Of a stretch of DNA of 64,000 nt, positions 23,509 through 35,679 are shown piece by piece. The position numbers and the translations under genes were made by a program. Under the pieces are notes generated by a model that did not search any database, was not told the DNA's origin, and saw only the letters and a list, made by a program, of their open reading frames with translations. The stretch's first letter is position 1, and each line of letters starts with the position of its first letter. The stretch spans positions 9,858,001 through 9,922,000 of the forward strand of contig JBNRSN020000010.1 of assembly GCA_051313645.2 (NCBI GenBank), written 5' to 3'. This DNA comes from Centroscyllium fabricii. Taxonomy: Eukaryota.

Positions 23509-25049
23509 GCAGAGTCGTGGAGCACGTCAGTCCGTTTAACTGCCAATTGTGTAATGTAGAATATACAGGAACCTAATTCTCTTTAGTCCAATTCCTTAGT
23601 AAGGAGTAAATGGAGTGGATGATGTATTCAACATCTTCCTCAGCATCTAACTTTCAGGATATTAACATCCAGCTTTACAACAATCGGAACTCCGCGACGT
23701 GAGAATATACTTGGATTTGCAACAAAGGAGATTCCGTGTAATTGATGTTATGGTCCCCTTCAACACAAAAAACCGAATTCGGCTGTTGTACTTCAATGGC
23801 GTGCATATAATTGCGTCGCCAGTTTGGATTCGTTACAGTCAGGACAGGCAGCACCATTAGCTCATTAACAACTGTGAGGATAATTAGGATAAATCGGCAC
23901 CTTAGAAAAATATCGTTAAATAATAGATTTCCTAGTATTACATTCTAACCTGCAGTACATGAAGACACAGGTGAACTCCATTTAAGGCATGTTGTTGATG
24001 ATATTCGCATCTTTAAAAAAAATGTCCCTATTTTCTTCGTTGGATGTCTTGACTACTAAACACCTAATATTGAAATTCATCAGTTTATCTTTGCCTGTGT
24101 AACGCAGCACATGGATAATGCAGTTTATCTACAGAAGGTTATTTTTGTCATGATATAAACTATTCACAATATAGTTGTGAACTTCGGAGCCAGATAAATA
24201 GGTTTGTGTTGAATGACCATCCTGGTAATTCAATAAATAGCATACAGAATACAGTTAATCAGTGACCCATAATGTTCCGCCCGGCGGACCATGTTACTAT
24301 TAATTTCACATTTTGTACCTGTAGGAAATTATGGTTTGAACTCCTTGCCACGGTGAAGAATTTGAGTAATGTGTCTACTCTCCTCGTTACAATGGACCTG
24401 ACATTAGATCAACTGGAGTTTTCCTCTTTTCAAAAGATAGAAAACATGATTTATTATAATTTCAGTACTAGAATTGTGAATCGCTAGAATCTGTTACTAT
24501 GTGCGGAAATACAATTTCTATGATTAGTTTACCTGAAGTATCCGCACTGGTCAAATGAGGTAAGCCTAACACTTCCTGTGACAACATTACAACATTTCAG
24601 TGGAGATCAATCTCTCAGATACTCATGGAGCCATTCTCGAAACAAAGGGAGATCTGATACTGGCAGAGTGCGTATTTCCCGTAACTGGCAGAGAGAGGAA
24701 ACCCTTAAGACTGAGATCGGGCAGATTGTGGGTCCGACAGAAAGGAAGTGAACCAGGTGAGCGATGCCATGATGAGAAGGAGAGCGGGAAGATTCGAACA
24801 AATCAAATATTGGAGATAGACACAATTTGGATCGATAAAATATCAATTGCATTTTGTTCTCAGCTTTCAAATACCAATCGGTTAAAAGAGAATAACAGCG
24901 AATTAATTAGATCGTTAAAGAAAGAGTTTGGGTCCGTTTCAAAGTAGAATTGGTTAACATAATGGAAATGAATTATGCTTATATTAAATTGTTGATTATA
25001 CAGAAAAATAGAGAATAATATACTAAACAGAGCAAGAAAGAGATCAAGG

Positions 25050-25360
25050 TGATAATGGAAGTACCGGTGGTGTTGTCTCGGGTAGGGCATCGTCCACAGT
25101 GGGTGAGAACCTGAAAACTTCCGACATGGCTCGAAACTGGGATAGTTTTCCATCGAGCACGCGAAGTTCAGGAAAGCTTGTTTCAAAATTATGAGGGGCT
25201 TTGACGAAATAAGGCACCATTGTTTCCAATGGCAGGAACTTTAGTAATCACGGCCACAACTTAAGGTAATTGGGAAATGGTCCAGCGAGGAGATGAATAT
25301 TTGTTTTTACATAAGGAGCTGTTATGAACCGGAAGTTTACCGGAAGAACATTACCACTCC
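25050..25360 (+). mobile_element. Old CR1 ORF2 3' fragment
   Basis: Degenerate ttcaaaattatgaggggctttgacgaaata and ttttacataaggagctgttatgaaccggaagtttaccgg. Confidence 0.5.
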
Positions 25361-25374
25361 ATTCTCGAGAAGCC

Positions 25375-25787
25375 CCATCCCAACGCGCTTTACATTCAAT
25401 GACGGACTTGTATAAAGTGCAGTTACTGTTGTAATGTAGGAAGCGTGAGCGCAAATTTGAGCACAGACAATCTCCCACACACAGCAATGAGATAAAGACC
25501 AGATGATCAGTTTTTGTGATGTTGGTCGATCAATGAATAGTGTCAGAACACTGTGGAAAAAAACATGGTCTTCTTTGAAGTAGTGCTGAGTGATATTTTA
25601 TGTTCTTCTGACAGATTAGCCTTGGCCTCGGTTTGATGTTCCGTCTGAACGACGGCACATCTAACAGTGCAGCACACACTCAGTACATAACTGAGGTGTC
25701 AGCATTGATTTTGTGTTATAGTATGTGGAGCGGAGCTTTCACCCACTGTCATTTGATGCAGAGGCGAGAGTGTAACCACAGAGCCAC
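25375..25787 (-). mobile_element. DeuSINE-like (SacSINE1-type) tRNA-derived SINE
   Basis: Reverse-complement tRNA-like head (...gcagaggcgagagtgtaaccacagagcca) and Deu-like core (ggcctcggtttgatgttccgtctgaacgacggcacatctaacagtgcagcac); truncated paralog at 45870-46170. Family name from recall. Confidence 0.65.
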
Positions 25788-26180
25788 TGCTGAACACCTT
25801 ATAAAAATGCTAACTTCAAATGGGAATTGGATATATGTTTGCAAAAGCAGAGTTGCGGGCAAACAGCAGCGGTGATGGACTAATTATATTTCTAGTACAA
25901 AGAGCCGAGAGAGGCCTCCAAGGTCGCATGGATTCCTTATGGCCTTCAATTCTATTTTCCTAGGCCGCCAGAATTCCCCGTGACTTTAAGCTAAAAATGA
26001 AAATAGAATAACATCTCAGGATGAGATTCCATCATTTTCTAATAATCCACCCGTATACGTGTGGAGATGCGGCAGTGGTGCAGGTCCAGGAGTTCCTAAC
26101 GCGAGATTAGACAAGCAGGAAGTTGTTAAGAAGGAGCTAGTGGGAGCGAAACTAAAATATAATAATCCTCTTAAAGGAGA

Positions 26181-26477
26181 AATGCAAGAAGTCACAGAAC
26201 ACCAGATTATAGTCCAACGGTTTTATTTTAAATCACAAGCTTTCGGAGCGCTGCTCCTTCGTCAAGGTGAAAGAGAGAGACTGACTTAAAAGATCACATA
26301 TCGGAGGAGGGAATCCGATATTTGATCTTTTAAGTCAGTCTCTCTCTTTCACCTTGACGAAGGAGCAGCGCTCCGAAAGCTTGTGATTTAAAATAAAACC
26401 GTTGGACTATAATCTGGTGTTGTGTGACTTCTTGCATTTGTCCACCCCAGTCCAACACCGGCACCTCCCCATTATGA
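26181..26477. mobile_element. Penelope-like palindromic insertion with hammerhead ribozyme motifs
   Basis: 126-bp inverted arms (26180-26305 / 26314-26439, 2 mismatches, 8-nt loop); 13-bp TSD CTCTTAAAGGAGA (26168-26180, 26478-26490); empty paralogous site near 46553-46565. Confidence 0.85.
26348..26387 (+). ncRNA. Minimal type I hammerhead ribozyme motif (Penelope-associated); mirror copy on the minus strand at 26232-26271
   Basis: TCAC-C-TTGACGA-A-GGAGC-AGC-GCTCC-GAAA-GC-TT-GTGA: stem I UCAC/GUGA, core (C/U)UGAnGA...GAAA, stem II GGAGC/GCUCC, palindromic AGCU in place of stem III. Confidence 0.65.
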
Positions 26478-27343
26478 CTCTTAAAGGAGATTAGGAGCCA
26501 TCGTGGGCCCACTTTCATATATCGGTAGCATTATTAATGATTAAGAAAAAGCGTTTTTTTAATTACTCAACAAATCTGGCAGGTGGATCCTATGGACCAG
26601 CAAAGGCCGCTTGGAATACGAAATAAATAAAGTATGTTCACATGTGAGTCATTGAATGCTTGTATGAGAGACAGCGATTAAGGCATTATTTTGTTAGTTA
26701 CAGTGATCAAACTCATAAAAGGAGATTCTGGAATCTAGGAACGCAGACCCTGCAGGAAATAGGAATGGGACTTGACAGGAGGAACGCTTCACTGACACTG
26801 CCGCAATTTCCCTCAATTAGAGAGTATTCTTGAGGTTCCGGCACTGCCTGAAATAATCCTAGTGTTTAAAATAAGGCCAGGAGATATCCAGTTGTTGAGC
26901 ACTTGGGGGAGAAGCAATGCAAAATGGGATGATATGGGCTAAGTGGCGATGTCTATTCTTTAGCTAACCTGATCGAATTTCTGAAACAAATCATTGGCCT
27001 GTAGGGCTGGGGAAATTCAGCTGGAATGACCCAGACTGATTTTAATGGAGCACAGGACAAGGGTCCACATGAAGAAACGGTGAGAAATTACGTGATGAGT
27101 AGGAGATCCGGCACTGTACAGAGCGCTAATTACAAAAGTAATGCAGGTTATTGACAAATGGAAAGCAGTAATGGATGGGTGACTGTTGAACATCTGGGAT
27201 CTTCCTTGGTATCAGTTTATTTATAATATTTTGTTCAATACAAGCTAAATTGGCCTGATGGTATCTTAGACACAAGAACAGTGAACATCATACCAGCACA
27301 TTTAACACTATAGGACCATTGAAATGTACGTGTGGAGAGTATG

Positions 27344-30145
27344 TGTCATGCCACGTCCTGCTGCCTAAGTTATGTTTTCATCATTACTGTCATTCATTCA
27401 TTGCCTGTTTTATTTTTTATTACCCACCTCACACCTCATTTCAGAAACTTGCTTCCGGCCCTTGTGTTTTTCCAGCCCTGATCTGTTTCACCTGTTCCTC
27501 ATTAACTCCTCAGTGTATTTAGGCTGTGTCTTTCCCTCTCTCTGTTGCCAGTTCGTCTTCGTACCTCCGTGTCTAACGTTCCAGCCTTTTTATGGGGCAT
27601 TGATCTCCTGGTTTCTCGGATCCCGGCCTTGCTTGCTTTGACCTCGTCTTTGCCTTCTCCCTTTTGGATTTGATTGCCTGGATTTGCATGGATTACCTGT
27701 GTAGCGATTATTGCCTGGATTTAGACTGATTACGTGTATACCGATTGTTGCAAGTAAAGACTGTGTGAATTACTTATATCCTGTTTCCGAGTCGTGCTCC
27801 TGAGTCCTCTTGCCTATCCATTACACCAGTCGTTACAGTAAGAAATGGCAGCAAGTCGATGACACAGTCATAGTGTCGGTGCGGATGTCGAGACAAATCC
27901 CGAGCTTTGTTGAAGACCACATTGAGGTCCAGGTAACAGGAAGGAACTCCGGAGAGATCCGGGAAATCGGAGTCGAACGATGCTGCAGGAGGTGAGGAGG
28001 CAGGCGAGTGAGAGACCGCAGGCAGCCCGAAACAACAGGGAGTGAATTGTCAACGGATGATGGATGCCCCGTGTCAGAGACGGACGACAAACAGGTACGT
28101 GCACAGTTCTTGTCCCAACCCGTTATCTGCCCTGTGGACCAGTCCATGTGAGGGTTATGCTTGATGAGCCAGGGAAAACCCAGAACTTGAGGATGTAACT
28201 GGGAGTCGAGAAGATGAAAACTCAGTGATTCCGTGTGATGCTTGTAGATGATGAGTCGTATGGATTGAGTACGGTGGGTCACTCTATACAGCAGCCGGAC
28301 ATCAAAAGTGTTAGCCTCCAATTGCTTGGGAGGAGGAATTAATTCGTGTCCAAGTCTTTCAGCTAATCTCCAATCCATAAAAATCTCATCAGCCCAAGAG
28401 TTCACAAACACTAGATGACAGAGGGTTTGTGATGGAGTGATCAGTCGTGCCTGAGTGAGGTGTCGAGAGTAAAAAACAGAGGAAGTAGTGTGGCTCACCA
28501 GCGTCCTCCACTTCCCTGAAGAGCCTTGTCTTTTATTCGGGCATCCAGATATGAAGTGGCCCAATTGAGAGCAGTAAATTCATCTGCCCTCCCGCAGCCG
28601 GCACTGTGACTCCTCTGGAGTGAGTGTGGCTCTCCCCAACTTCATGGTCTCCTCCACAGTAGCAGAGGGCGATGATGAGGCAGCTGCCAGGATGAATGGA
28701 GCAGGAGGATCCCAGGAAGAGGAGCGATTGGTCGCAGAGTGCCCGCTTTGCAGGGGCGAAAAACCCACAGTTCGTCTCCCAGTTCTGGAGGGCTTCATTT
28801 TCTCTAATCGGCGTCAACGTCAGCCTCTCCTCTGGATACCATCCCCAGTCGAATGGCCAGATGGAGCAGCTTAACCAAGAACTGGAGATTGGTCTACGCT
28901 GTTGCGTGTCCCAGAATCCGGCCACCTGGATTAAACATCTGATATGGGTAGAGTACGCACATAACACCTTACCCAGTTCTGCTACTGGTCTCTCTCCTTT
29001 TCAATGTGCCTATGGCTACCAGCCGCCACTGTTCCCTGACCTGGAGACGGAAGCCAGTGTCCCTTCTGCTCAGGCTTTTGTTCGTTGGTGACACCGCATC
29101 TGCAATGAGGCCTATCAGGTGCTCCTCAGGAGTTCGGCCCGTTACAAGAGGGTGGCTGACCGACGACGAACCCCCGCTCCCACATACCGACCCAGGCAGA
29201 GAGTTTGGCTGTCTACTCGGGACCTTCCCCTGCGTTTAGAATGCCGCAAGTTGGCTCTCCGGTTTGTGGGTCCTTTTCTGGTCGCCAGAGTCGTCAATTC
29301 GGCGGCTGTATGCCTCAGACTTCCCAGATCCTTGAGGGTTCACCACACGTTCCATGTGGCGCCGGTCAAGCCTGTGACGGAGAGTTCCTTGGTTCCCGCC
29401 TCCAAGCCTCCTCTGCCCCCCAGTTCGTTGCTGGATGTCTGGTCTACACGGTCAAGCGTCTCTTGACAGTTTGTCGTCGGGGCCGTGTACGCCAGTACCT
29501 GGTCGATTGGGAGGGGTACGGTCCGGAAGAGAGGACGTGGGTGTCCAACATCAACATTTTAGATCCTAAACTCTTCCGGGACTTCCATCATCTACATTAT
29601 TATCAGCCTGGGACGTCAGTTGCCGTCGCTAGAGGGGGGGTGGGGTTGTACTGTCATGTCCCGTCCTGATTCCAAAGTAATGTTTTCATCATTGTTGTCA
29701 TTCATTCATTGCCTGTTGTATTTGGTATAATCCACCTCACCCCTCATTTCAGATACTTGCTTCAGGCCCTTGTGAGGTTCCAGCGCTGATCTGGTTCACC
29801 TGTTCCTCATTACCACCTTAGTGTATTTAGGCTGTGTGTTTCCCTCTCTCTGTTGCCAGTTCGTCTTCGCACCCCCGTGTCTAACGTTCCAGCCTTTTTA
29901 TTGTGCACTGATCTACTGGTTTCTCGGATCCCTGCCTTGATTGTTTTGACCTAGCCTTTGACTTCACCCTTTTTGGATTTGATTGCCTGGATTTGGACTG
30001 ATTACCTGTGCACCGATTATTGCCTGGATTTGGACTGATTACCTGTATAACGAATGTTGCAAGTAAAGACTGTTGATTTACTTCTATCCTGTTTCCGTGT
30101 CGTGCTCTTGAGTCCACTTCCCTTTCCATTATGCCAGTCATTACA
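27344..30145 (+). mobile_element. Internally deleted and rearranged chromovirus-type (sushi-like) Gypsy LTR retrotransposon
   Basis: 494-bp LTRs 27344-27837 and 29652-30145 (TG...CA); 5-bp TSD GTATG; PPT before the 3' LTR; integrase PQFVSQFW...YHPQSNGQME and chromodomain [16 protein letters not shown] on plus; gag end and protease on minus (~27846-28755); empty site near 47414. Confidence 0.93.
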
Positions 30146-30199
30146 GTATGATATTTAACCTGTTCTATTTGTAATGGATTCTCTGAGACAGCAATCAAA

Positions 30200-30580
30200 A
30201 CCTATCGGCATTGTTCTCCTCTCTCCATAGAGAATGATTTTCTCTTTTTTAGAAGTATTCACATAACTTTGCCTTTAATATGTTCTGAGGCAAGACATTC
30301 CATGGTCTATCAAACCTTTGCATAAAGACATTTCTTGTAACCGCTCTGCTCATTCCCTTTGTGATCATTTCAAGGCGATCATCCTTTATTACTAGCTCAC
30401 TTACTAGATGGAATAATCTCTCCCTCTTCACTCTGAGGAAACTATAGACAATGTTTAGAACCTCTAATAAATATCCTCCTAGATTTCGCTGCTCCAGTAT
30501 AAATAGTTGCAATAACTTGACCCTCATCATTAGTATAGTTCTGATCCATGGCACAATCCAGGTGTATCTACACTGCCCGC
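30200..30580 (-). mobile_element. Old CR1 3' fragment (paralog ~47470-47850)
   Basis: ORF 30249-30554 LEQRNLGGYLLEVLNI...RNVFMQRFDRPWNVLP is a decayed CR1 ORF2 C-terminus. Confidence 0.6.
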
Positions 30581-30611
30581 TCTCCTTGGATATAATGGTG
30601 TTTTCTCAATA

Positions 30612-30894
30612 CCCGTTCCTGGGACTAGGGACAGGGACAGTGGCAAGGCTTGGAAGCTAAGCAGAGTCAGGCCTGGTTAGTATTTGGAGGGGCGACCACC
30701 AGGGAATGCCAGCTGCAGAATGTCACGAAAGGAGCCCCGGGAAGGGGCAGTTGGCTGAAGATTGTCGGAATGATGGAAAGATGGAATGGCGGTGCGCACA
30801 GAAGCAGCGGCATTGCTGGACTCTTGGGAGCTTGCAAGATCGCACTTCGTTGCTCATGTACATTGTATAATGACAATAACGTTGAATTATTATT
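30612..30894 (+). mobile_element. 5S rRNA-derived SINE (SINE3-type) insertion
   Basis: 30649-30717 GGAAGCTAAGCAGAGTCAGGCCTGGTTAGTATTTGGAGGGGCGACCACCAGGGAATGCC matches the 5S internal control region; tail TGTATAATGACAATAACGTTGAATTATTATT; absent from the paralog near 47872-47887. Confidence 0.85.
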
Positions 30895-31444
30895 ATAAGT
30901 GATCGAAACTGTGCCATTTGATCTAATGCTGGTCTTAATAGCATCGTTTAAAGATTCATCATCGCTTGTTTTTGTTATCAATGTCCCTGTCGATAATGCA
31001 GACATTGAAGTTGATTTGCTCGTGAATTTTCTCGCAATTGAGTATTTGGATGCCGATCAATCGCTTTTCATCCACACACTTCAGCTCCTTCCCACAGTGA
31101 ATCTGCTCCCATTCATTGGCATTCCTCGCACAATCAGTCGATATCACAGATAAAAAAATTGTAACTGATTCAAAGTTGCAGATTTTTTTCAATTATTATT
31201 TGTAAAATTGTGTAAAATATAATAAAATGATAATTACCAAACATTCTTTCTGACAGTCTGCAAGTGTTCAGCCAAAAACAGAATACTGGATATTAATTAT
31301 GATTTATCTAATTTTATGGCAATTTATTAATAGATCACTTGCAACAGTTGTAATAATTAATACATTTACAATAAATCATTCCTTATACCAACTTTTACAC
31401 TTTGGGGATGTGGGGAATAATTATTGCAGAATATCAATAATAAT

Positions 31445-32197
31445 GGCCCCGAAATTGAATTGGAGGCTTGCCGGGAATGCAAGCATCCATGGTAAACTAA
31501 CGGAGTGCACAGGCATTTTTGAATTGTCCTTCCCTGAAATCCGGATTCTCTGGCCTGCTAAGAGGCCGGCGTGCTGCGCTTGGGCAAACGAAAGGTGAAC
31601 ATAGTGGAAAACGTCGCGCAGGATCACGTGGTCCGCGGGGAGCCAATCACAGCAAATAATGCTCCATTCATAATGTTGGCAGACAGATCTGTCAACGTTA
31701 TGAAATACTAGAGCCCCAAAAACACATTAAACATTACAATATTTTTTTATAAAATACCACATTTTTAAACTAACCAGCACTAACATAAATTAGCAGCTTT
31801 AAACAAAAATTAAAAATTTTGAAAATATTATTTTAGTTTAAAATGGGCTACCAAACTACATAACTGTGTTTAAATTATTTAAAAATTAAAAACCTGTCAA
31901 AAATATTTAAATTGAATAACATAGAGACTTACCTGATGAAAAGGTGTCATTACGGCTGATATTTTCATCCGTACCGATACTTACCCTGATAAAGGATACC
32001 TGTAAAAAATCGCGATTTCACTGCGCACCTCCTGGTGTGCCGGCCAATGCGCTCCGGCAGCTGACCCCTCCAGACCCGGCATTGGAAGAACTGGTTCTCT
32101 GCGCATGCTCGGTGTACGCACTGAACCAAGGCGTCTGAGTGCCGCACGCGTGAGAACACCGTCCGTCCTCGCGCCTTGCGGCCCTAATTTCTGGGCC
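31445..32197. mobile_element. Harbinger-type MITE, family B (copy A)
   Basis: TIRs GGCCCCGAAATT / AATTTCTGGGCC flanked by AAT/ATT; paralog 48424-49182 has an exact AAT TSD. Confidence 0.75.
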
Positions 32198-32719
32198 ATT
32201 ATTCATGATAACTTTATCTACAGCACTAGACAAGAGCAGACTCCATGTTTATGCAGGTTGAGAGACACCAGTCAGCGCACCATCCAGATTTTAAGGCAGT
32301 ATCTGGGACACACGTGTTGAAAGGTCACATCGATGAGCCGAGTTATGACACTTTCGTGCATTGGAAAACTGAAGATGTGACAAGAGCCCGCTCCATTTGT
32401 CAATGAGGAATGGTACCAATAGAGAAACACGCGCCTGCAATATTCATACCAACTTCCAGGAAATTACCCATATCCGTTATCGCAAGACTTCAATTGATGA
32501 TTTGAAAGTGGCGCGCCCGATTGCAGTATCTGCCCACATGTCCACTGCTGAAGCACATCATTGTTATCAGTGAGCGTTGAACTTGAAATGAGCAAAATTT
32601 GCAGCAAAAGGATAGATTTACTAAATCACATAAGCCAGAAAAATTATACATTGGAGACTCCAAAGTCACGCTGCAAAATGGATAAAATGTTCCACGAGTT
32701 CGCTCCCATTTTTGAAATT

Positions 32720-32890
32720 ATGTGGAGGTGCGGTGTTGGATTGGGGTGGCCTAATGTAAGACGTCACACAACACCAGGTTATAGTCCAACAGTTTTATTT
32801 GAAATCACATGCTTTCGGAGCGCTGCTGACGAAGGAGCAGCGTTCCGAAATTTTGTGATTTCAAACAAAAACTGTTGGACTTCTTACATT
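32720..32890. mobile_element. Penelope-like inverted-repeat insertion with a partial hammerhead motif (copy A)
   Basis: Same sequence family as 26181-26477; CTGACGAAGGAGCAGCGTTCCGAAA core; paralog at 50505-50699. Confidence 0.75.
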
Positions 32891-32990
32891 TATCACATTA
32901 CCAGAAAGAAGGAGGCTCAACGGTGAAAAAGGTGTTTTCTGTGGAGATTCAGTAACGAGGAACCTTTAGTTTAATTGATTCTTTTAATTC

Positions 32991-35150
32991 TCATTTTCTG
33001 CCTAATCCTAGAATTAATGTCCAGGGGTATTTCACCACCTTCTTCAGCTCTTCTCTAAATTTCCTCTGGGTGGCGAAATAAATACAAGGGTTTTGAAGGC
33101 AGCTCAAAAACTTCAACATTGTTCCAGTTTCAGTGGCGATATATCCAGGGTCTGTGCGGTCACCTCGGTAATACGTGTTGTTTGCCAGTTTGGTAGCTAC
33201 AAAACTCACGGCAGTTGTCAGCCACAACAATATAAAACTGCCCGATATAGTGAAAAGTAAAATGATGGATTTCCTTCGGTTCTCTATCTCTGGATCGCTG
33301 TGATTTTCACTCCTATGACCCCGGAGTCCCCTGCGGGCTCTGCTGGCCTCTAAAATACGTCTGATTGTCAAATAGTTAAACAAAGAAATTAACGTAAAGG
33401 GAAGCCAAACGCCCCAGGCGCTGTGAAACCAGACGTAGGCTAAACCTGGAGGAGAGGAAAAAAAAGACACACTGTTCCGGCAGCCCCACTGCACCTTGTT
33501 AAATATTTGCTGTGCTTCAAATGCAAACACAACGGGGATGCCCCTTAAAATGGTTAGAACCGTGAAAGCTGTTAAAACCGTGGCCGCAGTTTTCTCGGTG
33601 CAATACTTTTTTTTAAAATTTCTGGCAGCAGATAATAACACATCGGTCAAATGTGAAGGAGACAGTGAACCAAACAGACAAATTGAGGGTGACTACAGTC
33701 AAATATAGAATGAGCTTACACAGGGGTGTGAGGTACAGGAATTAAAGTGGAAAGCGATAATTGACAATATGATACAATATTACATTGATGATCAATACAA
33801 GTACATCTGCCGTTGCCATGGCCACCATGTAGACAGAGATACACTTGGAAAGTCCGCAGCTTCCTCGGAAGATAATCACCATTGTCAGCAAGTTCGCTGT
33901 AAGAAAGAGAGAGGAGAAAATAATGGCCCAAAAATTAGCTTTGGAGCCTTCCTACGAGTTCCGGCTCCAAAGTACACTTATCCTTCACTTCTGCCGTTTT
34001 GCAATTATGGGATGTGAAATCGTGAGTTCTGCAGCTGCTTTAAGCTACAGGCGAACTGCTGGTGCAACTGAACGGCGTAATTAGTGCGAGATATCGCACG
34101 GGTCCCTTGATCTGCAGGGAGCCAATGAATGGAAGCAGTCCTCCATTCATAACTTACACGGAGCAATCTGTGTAAGTTATGACAAGCTAGAGCTTCAAAA
34201 ACACATCTGAACACAAAAATAAACTTTAAAAAGCACCACATTTGTTCACAATATTCTAACCAACATACATTATATTTTCAATGAACAAAATAAACATTTA
34301 GAACAAAATTTAAAGTTTTTAACTGGCCTAAAACAATACTCACCTCGCTTTAAAGTTTAAACAAATTAAAAATGTGTTAAAACAATAGTTAGATTCTATA
34401 ATATTAAGTCTTACCAGCTAAACACGAGTAGTTACGGCTGATATTTTCAGGGGTAATATCTTCAAACTACCTCGATGAAAAACTCGGAAAAACATCGGAA
34501 TTCCAGTGCACACCTCCTAGTGCGCAGGCGAACGCAATCCAGCTAGGAGCAGCTCGCGATCCACCGCAGGACACCATCGGAATTGCAGGTAGCAGCTGGA
34601 AACGGCTGCACCCTGCAATTCGTACCTGGGTGCATGTGCACCCGGCTCGAAAGCCTCTCCCGCTCATAGGGATTTCGGACTCATTGTTCCAGTGTCTGAT
34701 GATGTCGATATGGAAATCGCTGTTGAGAGCATTATACTCCAGTCAGTGAGATTATCTAAACGGAGCAGTGTGAGAACTGGATTAGCTTTGGAGCCCTTAC
34801 CTTTGAAAACCAACCACACAATGAGCTGCTGCAGCGCTCACTCCGCAAGAGGTGACAAGACTGTCGAAATCCTCTAAAAAACGTGGGTTGGAGCTGCAAA
34901 GAACAGAGTAATCTCTTTAAGGTTATCGGATTAAGCGGACTCACGGTTCAGGATTTGTTTCTCATCACTACCGTATGTTTAAAGCTGCCATCTCGAGAAC
35001 TCCTTTACATTAACAAAGAAGCTCTATGTCCATGGATACAGTTAACTCCGACTAAAACCAAACAGGTTATCATCACTCACCGGGGACAGCAAAAACCGCG
35101 AGAATCGGGAAGTAAATCTCTTTGATCAGCAGAGTAACTGGTCGCCCCAT
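32991..35150 (-). pseudogene. GPR139-like class A GPCR pseudogene (copy A)
   Basis: Exon 1 at 35081-35150 (MGRPVTLLIKEIYFPILAVFAVP, phase-1 GTGAGT donor). Exon 2 at 32991-33896 is 906 nt vs 905 in the intact paralog (+1 in the T8A4 run ~33607-33618). Premature TAA at 33742-33744. Confidence 0.92.
33924..34683. mobile_element. Harbinger-type MITE related to family B, in the GPCR intron (copy A)
   Basis: Ends GGCCCAAAAATT ... ATTTCGGACTC flanked by AAT/ATT; internal block gggagccaat...ctccattcataa...ttatga...tagagc..caaaaacacat shared with 31445-32197. Confidence 0.65.
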
Positions 35151-35390
35151 TCTCTGTGACAATGAATTAATTCTGTCGGAGCAAAATGACTCTGATTGCC
35201 GCATGGCTAAGGCAATGGGAGGGAACCTATATCTATCCACACTTCAATCCTCCAGCGAGTCAATCAGGTTAAGTCACAATTCGCATTAGTTACAGTCATT
35301 AAACAAATAGGACCAATTACAATGTTTTTCTTATCTGACAGGTCAGATTAAGAAAAATATGTGTAATTGTTGTTCGTTAGTTCTACAAAA
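35151..35390 (-). promoter_or_regulatory. Putative proximal promoter of GPCR copy A
   Basis: Colinear with 52954-53200 and with the reverse complement of 12825-13059. Confidence 0.5.
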
Positions 35391-35679
35391 TACTGAATTA
35401 AAATATTATTTACGAGTAGCAAGTGCAATAAAACGTACTAGTGATGCCCCTCGTCCCACAAACCGGGTGAACGAGGCAACTCAACCAATGATTTTCTTGA
35501 CCCTGCCTTTGATTCACTTCTAGAGCACAAACTCCCACAGAGCAGGCGGCAAAACAAATACTGCAATAATGGCGAGGATCCCATTCTGTCAGCAGTGGAG
35601 CTGCCAGTTCTCCTCCCGTACAAGTGGTACCCTACATTTAGATTAGAGGGGCATCCCCGCCCCTACCCCCCGCTGCCCA

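Noticed and set aside
26181-26477. CRISPR repeat or pre-miRNA interpretation of the hairpin
   Set aside because: Eukaryotic context and no spacers; the TSD and dispersed copies indicate a retro-insertion.
30649-30717. Functional 5S rRNA gene
   Set aside because: The 5' ~45 nt are missing, it is diverged, has no T-run terminator and is embedded in a SINE-like insertion.
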